Virus record (IMG/VR): IMGVR_UViG_3300045988_159959
From: a virus
Reading direction: 5' to 3' (one strand)
DNA length: 64,000 bases
The position numbers were made by a program, and so were the translations under genes. Positions 26,122-36,055 of the stretch are shown one piece after another. The notes under the pieces were generated by a model that was given only the letters and a program-made list of their open reading frames with translations, searched no databases and had not been told where the DNA came from. Every line of letters begins with the position of its first letter. Position 1 is the stretch's first letter.

Positions 26122-26151
26122 ATCTCGTCAGCAAAACTACAACTTTTGTAA

Positions 26152-26718
26152 TTATTCCCAAACCAAATTAATGTTAAAAATCTCGTCAGTCTCTTTTTCA
26201 ACCTTCTTGTAGCGGTTTTGAGTGTTCGTATCTCTCTCTGCCACATTGTTATAATCTTCTCGGATAATTTTTCCGTCAAGCACCCGTGAAAACCACAAAC
26301 AAATTTCAGCGTCCGGTTCAAAATCACCCAATGTAACCTTATCTTCTTCTGTAGCATCATAGAGTTGAATCCAATAGGGCTTCTCGTAAATAGAAGACGT
26401 TCTTGGTGTAACAGGATTGTCGTTTTCATCCTTGTTCATCTCTATTGCTCCTACCATGATTTTTCCATACGGATTCTCTGTTACAGCAGAAAACCACATA
26501 TTGACGTTTTTAAGCGTTTCTGTGCCCTCATTTTTCAAAATGACAGCAATGTATTGATCGCGAGGATTCGCTGCCAAATTAAGGCTTATTTCATCAAATA
26601 AATTACTGAACATATCGTTAGGCACAGGGGTGGATGATTTGTACCCACCCAAAGAATCAGAAATCTTAGTCTGCTGATTATTGTACCCTGCGCTTGTTGT
26701 ATAATAAAACTTCAACAT
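26152..26718 (-). CDS. hypothetical protein (188 aa), end of the structural/fibre block
   Basis: Track ORF. The overlapping ORF 26061-26429 was rejected. Confidence 0.55.
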   Translation of the reverse strand: MLKFYYTTSAGYNNQQTKISDSLGGYKSSTPVPNDMFSNLFDEISLNLAANPRDQYIAVILKNEGTETLKNVNMWFSAVTENPYGKIMVGAIEMNKDENDNPVTPRTSSIYEKPYWIQLYDATEEDKVTLGDFEPDAEICLWFSRVLDGKIIREDYNNVAERDTNTQNRYKKVEKETDEIFNINLVWE

Positions 26719-26724
26719 AGTCCT

Positions 26725-27576
26725 TTAGCTTTTAGGAGTTGACATAAAGATGTTTCCCAGTGACCAATATTCACTTTTTACTTCATTGGAAACGGAAACT
26801 GTACCACCGGAATTTTGAACACGGGCAATATAATATTCATCCGCTTCTTTTTCAGGTGGTGTAGAAACACTTACTTCCGGCACTAAAGAAATAACATAAT
26901 CGTCATAGGTGTATAGCCCATTTCTTTGTTCAGAAGTTAAAACACCACCCAAAGGAAGTGTACCCAATACAATTACTCGAAGATTGGATTCTGCAACAAA
27001 AGTAGAAGCAGATGTAAGCAACAAGTTCTGATTGTCAATTACATTTACGATTTGATAAACCCCATTATTAATAGGAACGGAGCCATCTTGTTTTTCAAAC
27101 CGGATAGAAACGGGCGTTGATGAAGATTGTCCCCTTACCTTGCCTGAAAAGTTTACAGAACCCGAAACAACACCTTGTGAGTTGACACTCACGTAACCCT
27201 TTTCGTAATTGCGTGTTTGATATCCTATTTTAACCCAATAGAAGTTGCTGTCATTTGGAACAGCAATATTGTCCTCTACACCAATATCAATAAATTCTCC
27301 TTGACTTGTAAGAGCCATACCGGGAAGAATTTTAATTGTCCCGGAGTTCGTACCGGTTTCCACTTTGAAAGGATCAACCAAATTATCTTCATTCGTCGGC
27401 TTATTGACCGTATTCGGGCTAATCTTTGAAGGATCATTTGTTATCATCCCAAAAGAATAAGAAGCCTGTAGCACCGCCTTCATTAGCGGTGCTGTAGCAA
27501 AGAAAGACAACATATTCGTCAATTCCTCTCTTTCCAAAAACACATTTCTGCTGATGTTAATCTTACTCATTTTCAA
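26725..27576 (-). CDS. hypothetical structural protein (283 aa)
   Basis: Track ORF immediately downstream of the 2014-aa fibre. Beta-rich composition. Confidence 0.55.
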   Translation of the reverse strand: MKMSKINISRNVFLEREELTNMLSFFATAPLMKAVLQASYSFGMITNDPSKISPNTVNKPTNEDNLVDPFKVETGTNSGTIKILPGMALTSQGEFIDIGVEDNIAVPNDSNFYWVKIGYQTRNYEKGYVSVNSQGVVSGSVNFSGKVRGQSSSTPVSIRFEKQDGSVPINNGVYQIVNVIDNQNLLLTSASTFVAESNLRVIVLGTLPLGGVLTSEQRNGLYTYDDYVISLVPEVSVSTPPEKEADEYYIARVQNSGGTVSVSNEVKSEYWSLGNIFMSTPKS

Positions 27577-27599
27577 TATCTTTTAAAAATTAATACTTA

Positions 27600-30500
27600 C
27601 TATTTCCAACCACTTGGTACATTCTCACAATTTGTACCATAGAATGTTTGTGAATGACTTGTCACACTACTATCCGTACTGTCTGTTATCAATCTATAGT
27701 TAGGCGAACCACTTGATAATTCGTAAACCGGTACAGTAGCCAATTTTGAACAATTATAAAACATTCTGTCCATATTCACTTTTCCTACGCCCGGTGCAGA
27801 AGCTCTTGCGAATAAAGAAGTATAAGATATCGCATAAGCACTTTGTGTTCCAAGTGAAAGATTGGTACAACCGGAGAACATTTCTGTACAATCCAATGTG
27901 TTACCTAAAATATCCATAGGTGTATTCTCAAACTGATTACCTCTGTCCACATTAATAGGTCTCATTGTTGTAGAAGGCATCCCCACATAATTCCCTGTTC
28001 TTCCAAAAGAAGTCAAAGAAGTACAACTTGCAAAACATCTTCTAAGGTTAGTGAGTGTTGTCATTCCGTTAAAGAAATTTGCCGGAACCTGCTGCACTCC
28101 TGATCCTTCAAACATACTTGCAGCATTTTGTAGCTTTCCATTCTTCATATTAAAAGAAGTAATGTCAGCTACACTCTTACAATTAGCAAACATTCTTGAA
28201 GCGTTTGTTACGCTTGACGGAAGTGCTTCTCCATACGGAATTGAAAGATATGTACAGTTCTCAAAAAGAGACTGCATGTTAGTTGCTTTCGTATTAAAAG
28301 CAAACATGGCAGTAGACCATAAATCAACAAGACTTGTACAACCCACAAAACATCCCACAAATGAAACGATATTCGTACAATTCCTAAACCATATAACAGG
28401 AAGCGAGCTTATCTTTGTACAGCCTTGAAACGTATATTGCATATACTTAGCGTTCGTAGCATTGCTAAATGGTGAAGATGTAGCAGAAAGCCCACCTGTA
28501 TTTGTCAAAGCTGTACAATCTGCAAATACTGCATGAAAATCATCTACTCCACCCCCTCGTCCAAAAGTGCCACTTCCAACACAAGAAGCCAAACTTTTAC
28601 ATTCCCGGAACATAGAAGAATGGTATATACAAGAAAGGGGAACAAGTTGCCCACCCGGAAGTGATGTTACTCCACTACCATAAAAAGCACCGGCGCAAGA
28701 ATTTCCTGTCATTTTAGTAAACAACCCTGACGGAATTGATTTCAAAGACGTACAGCCTCTAAACCAACTTATAACACCTCCTGAAATAGAAGGAATTGCA
28801 TTTGTAGCAATGGAAGAAAGACTTGTACAACCCATAAAAGCACCGGGGTTTCCACCTGTAGCATCAATATTAAATGTACCCGTACTTCCTTGAATAGAAA
28901 AAGATTCAGGCCACTGCTTGATTGCTGTAGCTCTTGTATGGTTTTTGAAATTGGCACGAACTGTACCGGGACTATTTGTATTTCTACTTCCAGCTTGTAC
29001 CCTCACTTCACTTCCTACAATTTCATACACACCACTTGAAACAGAAGGTGTCTGTGGTGAACCACTATAAGTAACAATAAGGGCTTTCCATAAATAGAGG
29101 TAAATACTGCTACCGCCTGCATCCGTAATTTCTTCCCCTGTACTCACACATTGAGAATCGGAAGCAGAAGCATATACATATCCGCCGGAAGGAGAAGAAA
29201 CAGTTACCCTACCACTACCATTTGTTTGTTCTGTAGTGTTAGAATAGGTTGATCCGTCCGGCGCAGTAGTTCTTACACTAACAGAAGTATAAGCCTGTAA
29301 TACATTTTCTTTTCTTAAATAAATGTAAGTGGTTACAAGATCGTAATCCAACACAAAATCAATGTACACGTCAGAACCGGACATCGCCACATTATACTTT
29401 GTCTGCGATTGATAATTGGTAGCCGTACAAGTTGCATCGTATGTACCTGATTGAATACCTGTAAGTGTAAGTAAACCGGATGAATTTGTGTAACCACTCT
29501 TTCCTCCATAAGTTACATACGCCCTATTGATATTGTAACCATTTCTTGATTTTACAGTAATATGTGCATTGTATGTCTTATTCGATATACCAACCCTTTG
29601 CTGCGGCATGGATTCTTGATTGACCGTTACCGAATAGGTTGTTGTCTGATAATCGTAAACAGACACTTCACACACATACGTTTTCCCCATTTGCATGGTA
29701 AAGGTAGTTGTACCATCCGATCCGGTATTCTGTGTACTTAACCCTTCGGGCTTAATAGAAGCACCAGACACCGGAAGTCCCGTGTCCGAATTGTAAACAT
29801 AGAATTGCACCCTTACTTCTTTTCGCGGCATTGCAACATATACCGTTTTTGGAAGATCGTTCGGTTGCACCACTCCTACTTGATTTTCAAAATATTGTTT
29901 ACTTGCGACCCAATTGTACAGATTTCTTGGAACTTTAAAAACAACTTGTCCATTATTCGTCAAACCTTCCTGTTCACCACTGTTCAAACTGATTTTTGTT
30001 CCATTTGAAACAGAACTATTATCTTCTGTTACCACAAAAATAAGGTTGTATAAAATTTGAGACATATCAATAGTGACAGTCTGCGCGGCTCTATTTACAG
30101 TAAAAGACTGCTCCTTGTCGTTGTATTCTTCATAAGAAGCTACCGCCTTATATGTACCATTTGGAAGGTCTAATACAATTCCAGAAGAATCTTTTTGAGT
30201 ATAGGTATGCGTTTCATCCACTACAACAGTAGCACCCGTCAAAGCTACACCACCTGCTCCGATCACTTTAATAGTGGTTTTGTATGTCAGCCTTGCCAAA
30301 TCAATAGTCAAATTAGCATCCCCATAAAACTCATAGTTCTCTACAGTTACTCTTTGATAGTCATTCGTATAGCGAATATCATAAGTATATTTACCACCTA
30401 AAACGCCTTCAAAAAGAGCCTGACCGCTATCGTCCGTTACCTTCGTAAGTCCGGCAAAAGAAACTGTAACACCCTGTAAAGGAACTTTTTCACCAGTAAA

Positions 30501-33500
30501 GGTGTTGTAGTCATTTACAGTAAACACCATGTTGTAAGTAGGCATAGGATTAAAGTCAATAGCTACTTCTTTGTCACTATCCAAAGTAAGATTTCCATTT
30601 ACAGGAATCCAATTCTGTTTTTCAACCAAATAAGAGTAACTACCACCTAACAAATCATTAAAAACAGCCTTACCGTCTGTTCCTGTTCTTCTACTTTGTG
30701 AAACTACCAATGCGTTTTCATCCGATCTTTCGTTTGACACCAAAGTAACGTTTGCACCTTCTACTGCACCGGTAGAAGCATTTGTTACTGTAAATGTTAA
30801 ATCATAAAGCGGAATCAAAATCATTTCAACCGGTTCAGATTGGTCGTCCTGTACATTGATATTCTTGTTTATGGTATAATATCCATCTTTTGTGACAGTG
30901 TAAGGATAAAGACCGGGAAAAGCATAAAACACCGCATTACCATAAGAATCCGTATTTTTAAACTCTCCATTAAAAACTATCTGTGCACCGGAAATAGGAA
31001 GTCCTTGTCCATTCCTTACAATGAAAGTGATTTTTCTTTCGTAAATATCGCCTTGCAGCAAGATATATTCGATTTGAGTATCTTCTTCATCTTCCAAAAC
31101 CGATAAAAGATTATCTTTTATCGGTAAGAACAAGTTTTTCTCCACATCAACAGAATAATCACCAGGGAACAAAACTATATCAGCCTCCCCGTTTCTATTG
31201 GTTGTAAGAACATCTTCCAGAATAGAAATTTTTGCTCCCTCGATATAAGAGCCCCTATCAGAAATAACCTTGAAAATAACTTTCTTTTGAACCAAAGGAC
31301 GTATTTCATTATCTCCTATTATGTTTTTATAAGCAACCAAATAGGTTTCCATAAAGTCTTTCACACCTTCATTGCTTACCAAAGAGTTGTTTTTATAATA
31401 GGCGGCTATCACATCCTTTTCTCCCAAATGCCCTTGATAAAACGGCAAGAAAATAGGTTTTATCTTGATATCATAGATATAAACACTACTTGATGCTTGC
31501 GATCTGTCTTGGGTGAGAGAAAGCGACAAATAAGAAGTTCCTTCTTTCATTTGAAGTCCTCTGCCGTATAGGAAGTTCAAATCTACAGGACTTGCATAAG
31601 CTCTGTCTTTTCTTGACAAAATACCTCTACATTCGTAATAAACACCCGCAAATGGCAATCTTAAAATACCGTCCGTTACAGGAGCCTGTGAAGTTGTAAT
31701 TTTACTTACTTCATTTATATTCAGAACCCAACTATCATAATTGCTTGTAGAAGCAGACGTAACTTCAATATATTCCATAAATACCATACCGGCAGGTATG
31801 TCATATTTTGTATCGTACAAAGTCATTTCTACAGGCATATTTCCAGCTTCAATCGTTACAGCTTCGATCGTTGTTTCTTGTGTTTGGAACCTTACCTTTC
31901 TTGTTAATGTAATAGGATATTTAAAACTGGGAATCCAAAAAGAATAAGTTACGGGCATCGGTTCAGCGGTAGAAGCTATCATCTCTGGCGGAAGACCTTC
32001 TTCTGTAATGTTAGCAAGAACTCTCATAAGGATTCCGTCAATAATAGTTCCTTCTGTGTTTCGTTTATATTCTAACGAAGCAAAATCCCTTATCATTGGC
32101 GAATAAACTTCAACAGTTTGCCCATCTTTTGGAGAGCCTAAAGCATCTGACAATAAATTGCCCGGAGTGTTCGCACTTCCTGTATAAAATTCATTCATTA
32201 TAATAGGAAGTGAAGATTCCGAATCCGCAACAACTGACAAAGTAGCTGTAGTTGGAAATGTCGTAATCGTATCAGGTTTTTTGGTATAAAAACCAATCAA
32301 AATATCTCCTGTAAAATTAGGTAAATCCAAAGAAAAAGGATTAGAATCAATATAATAAATATACTGACTTCCTGACGCAGAAATTATAAATAATATCGCT
32401 CCATAATTACTTGAATCAAATCCACCCAACTGAAAAACACCTTTAGGGCTAATAACATGACTTGCATCCTTATTAGTAAAGATAATCGTAGGTAAACTTT
32501 GAGTAGCTTGTTCTTTGCTGGCAATAGGAAATGGCGATCCTCCCATAGAAAGACTAAAATTCTCTATTTTCAATTCATGATCTGTAGCTGTAAAATCCCC
32601 AGTTACAACAATCTGCTCCATCTCTTCCCCTCCAATAGGAGTTCCATCTTGTTGAAAAAAGAAAAACATATTGTTAAATCCGTATCCATCTCCACCATTC
32701 AAAGTAGGATTCTCAATATTGGGAAATTGTTCTATCAAATCCGTACTGAAAGAATAATCATATTGAGGTTCGTCACCTCCTTCCGGTATGAAATTAGTGC
32801 TTTCTACATTTCCATAAGATTCTTTACAAACTATCCCCTGTTTATCTTTGTTAAAAACTTCAACACCAAACTTCAAATTTTGATTATTAACAGAAGATGA
32901 TTTTACCTTAAAAGAAAGCTGATAAGTCAAATTTTCAGATACAGGAAGTAGCTTTGATTTGTCCTCTGCCGAAGATATACCCACCAAACTATTCCCTACA
33001 AAAGTCATAGCTTGAATAGGGTTTCCATCATTGTCAATATCGCTTACCACAACCACGCCGGTAGGATTGACCAAAGGATAAGCATTCAAATCAGTTATGC
33101 TTTCTGTTGTCTCATATCCTTTGGTAACGTTTAAAACAGTGTCGGTTCTGTTCCATGTAGGAGAACTGTATCCCATTGTCCAGCCCGTATCACGTGCCAT
33201 CAAAAGGGCAAAAATAAATTCTTCTTCCGTTTTGTACCGGATAAGACGAAGAAGCTCACCGAGTATTGTGCCTTCTTTATTTACAATATCAATTGTTCCT
33301 CTTTTCCGGTATTCCCTTACATAGTTATCGAACAGATATTGCATCTGTTCAAGCGTATCAACTTCATCCGTCACAAGTCCTCTGTTTTCAATAAACAATT
33401 CAAACAGAATCTTATTTGTATCAATCTCATTGTATTGCTTTGCATACAATACAACAAGGGCAAATATGTGACAGACTGTTTCCCAATATGCCTTAAAATC

Positions 33501-33644
33501 CTCACCGTCTTTCTTTATGAAAGTAGGAAGAATGCCGGGCGAAGATACTTTTTCAAGTACATTCTCCGCCCATTCCATTACGGCAGGATCGTTTTCTTCA
33601 AAGAACCGTTTGAATACGGTTTTATTGTAGATTTCCTGTGACAT
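27600..33644 (-). CDS. giant tail fibre (2014 aa): tandem CarboxypepD_reg-like beta-sandwich modules plus a C-terminal BspA-type leucine-rich repeat domain
   Basis: Repeated ~75-85-aa units of the form (V/I)xFxVxxxxGxPxxGAxV....TDxxGxAxF....G.Y.Y.V.K.GY across roughly nt 28960-31300. The last ~410 aa (roughly 27720-28840) carry at least 12 F-x-x-C-(T/K)-x-L motifs (FMGCTSLSSI, FRGCTSLKSIP, FRECKSLASC, FADCTALTNT, FQGCTKISSLP, FRNCTNIVSF, FVGCTSLVDL, FENCTYLS, FANCKSVADI, FASCTSLTSF, FSGCTNLS, FYNCSKLATVP). Confidence 0.8.
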   Translation of the reverse strand: MSQEIYNKTVFKRFFEENDPAVMEWAENVLEKVSSPGILPTFIKKDGEDFKAYWETVCHIFALVVLYAKQYNEIDTNKILFELFIENRGLVTDEVDTLEQMQYLFDNYVREYRKRGTIDIVNKEGTILGELLRLIRYKTEEEFIFALLMARDTGWTMGYSSPTWNRTDTVLNVTKGYETTESITDLNAYPLVNPTGVVVVSDIDNDGNPIQAMTFVGNSLVGISSAEDKSKLLPVSENLTYQLSFKVKSSSVNNQNLKFGVEVFNKDKQGIVCKESYGNVESTNFIPEGGDEPQYDYSFSTDLIEQFPNIENPTLNGGDGYGFNNMFFFFQQDGTPIGGEEMEQIVVTGDFTATDHELKIENFSLSMGGSPFPIASKEQATQSLPTIIFTNKDASHVISPKGVFQLGGFDSSNYGAILFIISASGSQYIYYIDSNPFSLDLPNFTGDILIGFYTKKPDTITTFPTTATLSVVADSESSLPIIMNEFYTGSANTPGNLLSDALGSPKDGQTVEVYSPMIRDFASLEYKRNTEGTIIDGILMRVLANITEEGLPPEMIASTAEPMPVTYSFWIPSFKYPITLTRKVRFQTQETTIEAVTIEAGNMPVEMTLYDTKYDIPAGMVFMEYIEVTSASTSNYDSWVLNINEVSKITTSQAPVTDGILRLPFAGVYYECRGILSRKDRAYASPVDLNFLYGRGLQMKEGTSYLSLSLTQDRSQASSSVYIYDIKIKPIFLPFYQGHLGEKDVIAAYYKNNSLVSNEGVKDFMETYLVAYKNIIGDNEIRPLVQKKVIFKVISDRGSYIEGAKISILEDVLTTNRNGEADIVLFPGDYSVDVEKNLFLPIKDNLLSVLEDEEDTQIEYILLQGDIYERKITFIVRNGQGLPISGAQIVFNGEFKNTDSYGNAVFYAFPGLYPYTVTKDGYYTINKNINVQDDQSEPVEMILIPLYDLTFTVTNASTGAVEGANVTLVSNERSDENALVVSQSRRTGTDGKAVFNDLLGGSYSYLVEKQNWIPVNGNLTLDSDKEVAIDFNPMPTYNMVFTVNDYNTFTGEKVPLQGVTVSFAGLTKVTDDSGQALFEGVLGGKYTYDIRYTNDYQRVTVENYEFYGDANLTIDLARLTYKTTIKVIGAGGVALTGATVVVDETHTYTQKDSSGIVLDLPNGTYKAVASYEEYNDKEQSFTVNRAAQTVTIDMSQILYNLIFVVTEDNSSVSNGTKISLNSGEQEGLTNNGQVVFKVPRNLYNWVASKQYFENQVGVVQPNDLPKTVYVAMPRKEVRVQFYVYNSDTGLPVSGASIKPEGLSTQNTGSDGTTTFTMQMGKTYVCEVSVYDYQTTTYSVTVNQESMPQQRVGISNKTYNAHITVKSRNGYNINRAYVTYGGKSGYTNSSGLLTLTGIQSGTYDATCTATNYQSQTKYNVAMSGSDVYIDFVLDYDLVTTYIYLRKENVLQAYTSVSVRTTAPDGSTYSNTTEQTNGSGRVTVSSPSGGYVYASASDSQCVSTGEEITDAGGSSIYLYLWKALIVTYSGSPQTPSVSSGVYEIVGSEVRVQAGSRNTNSPGTVRANFKNHTRATAIKQWPESFSIQGSTGTFNIDATGGNPGAFMGCTSLSSIATNAIPSISGGVISWFRGCTSLKSIPSGLFTKMTGNSCAGAFYGSGVTSLPGGQLVPLSCIYHSSMFRECKSLASCVGSGTFGRGGGVDDFHAVFADCTALTNTGGLSATSSPFSNATNAKYMQYTFQGCTKISSLPVIWFRNCTNIVSFVGCFVGCTSLVDLWSTAMFAFNTKATNMQSLFENCTYLSIPYGEALPSSVTNASRMFANCKSVADITSFNMKNGKLQNAASMFEGSGVQQVPANFFNGMTTLTNLRRCFASCTSLTSFGRTGNYVGMPSTTMRPINVDRGNQFENTPMDILGNTLDCTEMFSGCTNLSLGTQSAYAISYTSLFARASAPGVGKVNMDRMFYNCSKLATVPVYELSSGSPNYRLITDSTDSSVTSHSQTFYGTNCENVPSGWK

Positions 33645-33669
33645 TCTAAAAATTTTTGAATTGTTTTTG

Positions 33670-33795
33670 TTATACCGTTTCTACATACGTCCCCACAAGG
33701 TCTTTTAAATCATGTGAGAGCGGTGTTCCGCTATCGCGAGTACATTTGTACTTCACGCCGTCTTGCGTGTAAAATTTGCCATTAAAAAGCTCCAT
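33670..33795 (-). CDS. possible small ORF (41 aa), below the track cutoff
   Basis: My own translation: MELFNGKFYTQDGVKYKCTRDSGTPLSHDLKDLVGTYVETV. It lies in the 223-nt gap between two fibre genes. Weak call. Confidence 0.25.
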   Translation of the reverse strand: MELFNGKFYTQDGVKYKCTRDSGTPLSHDLKDLVGTYVETV

Positions 33796-33867
33796 AGGCG
33801 GTGTATAAGGAATAGGATCATCCTCTGTACCTTCGTGATTATTTTCTCTAATTATTTTATTTCGAAA

Positions 33868-35565
33868 TTATTTAGCTTTTAATGTTTGCAAGTAAATGTA
33901 AGCCTTAATACAGTCTTCTTTTGAAAGAACTTTAGGGAAGATAGCTAAGTTCTTGAAAGCTATTTTTGTATAATTTGTACCATTATGCCCTATCATTAAC
34001 ATTTGTCCAAAATCAACTGTATCTCCCGGCGTTACCTTTTGTAAAGAATTAAAATCTAAATAAACTGAACCCTTAGAGGTAACGGCTTTTATAGAATTTC
34101 CAACAACATTAGTTCCTAACTCTGCATTAATATACACATTCATTCTACCGGTTAATGAATAATTATAAAATCTAAATGAACCAAACTTAGCAATACCGGC
34201 AATTTTTATTGCATCTTCTTTCAGAAACTCCCATTCGCCAACAGTTGTCCAATCCTTGCCAACTGTAAATGCGGAACTCTGAATCTTATCATCCACACCA
34301 TCTGTTACCAGATAGCCCGCATATTCCCCTTCTTCATTGTAGCCACTCCCTTCTGCAAAACCAAAATTAGACAGCACAAGATTATTACCATTGCCCGTTA
34401 TGTTAGCTATGGTAGCCCTGTCGGTATCTTCGTTGGTTTTCCCGACTACTGTCCATGCTTGGTCGGGGAATAGCCAGGGGTATTCTTGTTTGTAGTAGTT
34501 TAGTACCTTTTCATCATCTTCGTCTGTTGAGAAATACCCATTACAGATTGTTTGACCGGCGATAGCAGCTCTGGCAAGAAAAGTGGCATACACATTTCTC
34601 CACAAGTAATACAATCCGGGATTAGCTATAAATTCTTTTGAGCTAAGTGACCGTGATTCACCTGTAAATAAATTAATTATAGTTGTAATATCTTTATTTC
34701 TTTTACAGACTAATAGCATGAATTGATTAATGCGAGGAACAAGGTTAACCCCAGTTGATGGTTGAAAATTTATGTGAGTACCACTGTAATTAATAGAAAA
34801 GTCTTTAGTTTCATTTTTCCCACACAAAATCATATTCCTTGCCGGATCATCCTGAAATGGAATAAACGCCGTGTACACCGTGTAAGTATCCTCGAAGTTA
34901 AGCTCCTTCTCTGTTACTGCAAAGTCGTCTACTCCGTCACCGAGGATGAAGCCGGGGTATGAGGGGAGTTGCTCGATGATTATATTAAGATCAATTGCTT
35001 TTGGATTAGATATCCAGATATAAATTCGAGATTGATCCCATCCGGCTTCAAAAGGTTGATATATCTTATAAATACCATCCTTTTCTATTCGTTCAATATC
35101 CTCACCGAAACCCCCTTTTGTTACCCTCAATAGTGCACCATCTTTCAGTCCCATCACTTTTAAGGTGAAATCATAGATATCTCCTTCTTTAGCTACACTT
35201 GTAGCATTTGAATAGATATTTGTATTTTTGACTGTAGAAGGTATGTTCAAATTCATTTTAGAAGAAGTATGAGTTTGTGTGCCACCAATACCAGTTAAGT
35301 TCCCGTACCCCCAACCATTAAAATTTTGATTGTATCCACCAACTCCAGACATCCCTGCCCAACCAAAGTTCTTCATCTGTAAATCATGCCCATTACCTGT
35401 AAGGTCTTTCCATACAGGATTAGTAGACATATCTTCATTGGTTAATCCTTTGGCAGACCATCTTGCAATCATACCAGGGATGTTTGGGAAGGGTGTACCG
35501 CCACCTCCCCCAAACCTTCTTCTAAAAGGAATTGCGTTTATGTTTCCTAATAGCATCATAATCAT
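33868..35565 (-). CDS. tail fibre / receptor-binding-type protein with two LamG (concanavalin-like) style modules (565 aa)
   Basis: Internal duplication: DLTGNGHDLQMKNFGWAGMSG...ILGDGVDDFAV versus NITGNGNNLVLSNFGFAEGSG...LVTDGVDDKIQ. Located in the fibre gene block. Confidence 0.45.
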   Translation of the reverse strand: MIMMLLGNINAIPFRRRFGGGGGTPFPNIPGMIARWSAKGLTNEDMSTNPVWKDLTGNGHDLQMKNFGWAGMSGVGGYNQNFNGWGYGNLTGIGGTQTHTSSKMNLNIPSTVKNTNIYSNATSVAKEGDIYDFTLKVMGLKDGALLRVTKGGFGEDIERIEKDGIYKIYQPFEAGWDQSRIYIWISNPKAIDLNIIIEQLPSYPGFILGDGVDDFAVTEKELNFEDTYTVYTAFIPFQDDPARNMILCGKNETKDFSINYSGTHINFQPSTGVNLVPRINQFMLLVCKRNKDITTIINLFTGESRSLSSKEFIANPGLYYLWRNVYATFLARAAIAGQTICNGYFSTDEDDEKVLNYYKQEYPWLFPDQAWTVVGKTNEDTDRATIANITGNGNNLVLSNFGFAEGSGYNEEGEYAGYLVTDGVDDKIQSSAFTVGKDWTTVGEWEFLKEDAIKIAGIAKFGSFRFYNYSLTGRMNVYINAELGTNVVGNSIKAVTSKGSVYLDFNSLQKVTPGDTVDFGQMLMIGHNGTNYTKIAFKNLAIFPKVLSKEDCIKAYIYLQTLKAK

Positions 35566-35574
35566 ATAATTATA

Positions 35575-35949
35575 TTAAATCCCAATACTCAAAGAAGAAA
35601 CAGTCGTACCCTCTTTCACAATTTTCTGAACCATGTACATAAGAGGATTGCCGATATTTGCATTCACTTCGGCTTCTGAAATAGTATATTCCATACCACC
35701 GGCAAGAATCACTTTAATTGTACCTGCCGCAAGAGGAATGATAACAAAAGAAACCGGTTGACCGTTTTGGTCGATAAGTGTTATATCTTCATCAATAGAA
35801 GCAAAGTTCCATGCACTGCTGATTAAAGAAGGTGCTGCATCACCATTATTAGTTATCAGCTTATTGGAGTTAGCTGTTACTGTTCTTTTTATGATATCCA
35901 TTGCAATGATTTTTAAATTGTTTGTTTTATCTAAGTAATTACTTGACAC
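35575..35949 (-). CDS. hypothetical protein (124 aa); GTG start
   Basis: Track ORF; its start codon is GTG (35947-35949). Immediately downstream of the invertible segment. No recombinase motifs. Confidence 0.45.
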   Translation of the reverse strand: MSSNYLDKTNNLKIIAMDIIKRTVTANSNKLITNNGDAAPSLISSAWNFASIDEDITLIDQNGQPVSFVIIPLAAGTIKVILAGGMEYTISEAEVNANIGNPLMYMVQKIVKEGTTVSSLSIGI

Positions 35950-36002
35950 AAAAATAACCTTTCTTTTTGAGAAAATACAAACTTACCCTCTTTTCTTTTT
36001 CT

Positions 36003-36050
36003 ACACCTCTTACAAATACATTTCCCTTCTTTTAGTAGGGAGAGGGGGAG
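36003..36050. repeat. left 48-bp inverted repeat (IR-L)
   Basis: ACACCTCTTACAAATACATTTCCCTTCTTTTAGTAGGGAGAGGGGGAG is the exact reverse complement of 37606-37653. Checked base by base; identity stops on both sides. Confidence 0.95.
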
Positions 36051-36055
36051 GAAGA

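Noticed and set aside
26061-26429. 122-aa minus-strand ORF overlapping 26152-26718 in another frame
   Set aside because: It runs through the terminator hairpin and the intergenic motif, and it is mostly contained in the longer ORF. No motif was recognised.
35978-35985. TAAGTTTG (-7-like box, minus strand) as the promoter for gene 35575-35949 just outside IR-L
   Set aside because: It matches TAnnTTTG, but the nearest upstream TTTG is 27 nt away, outside the 19-21-nt spacing. Too weak to list as a feature.
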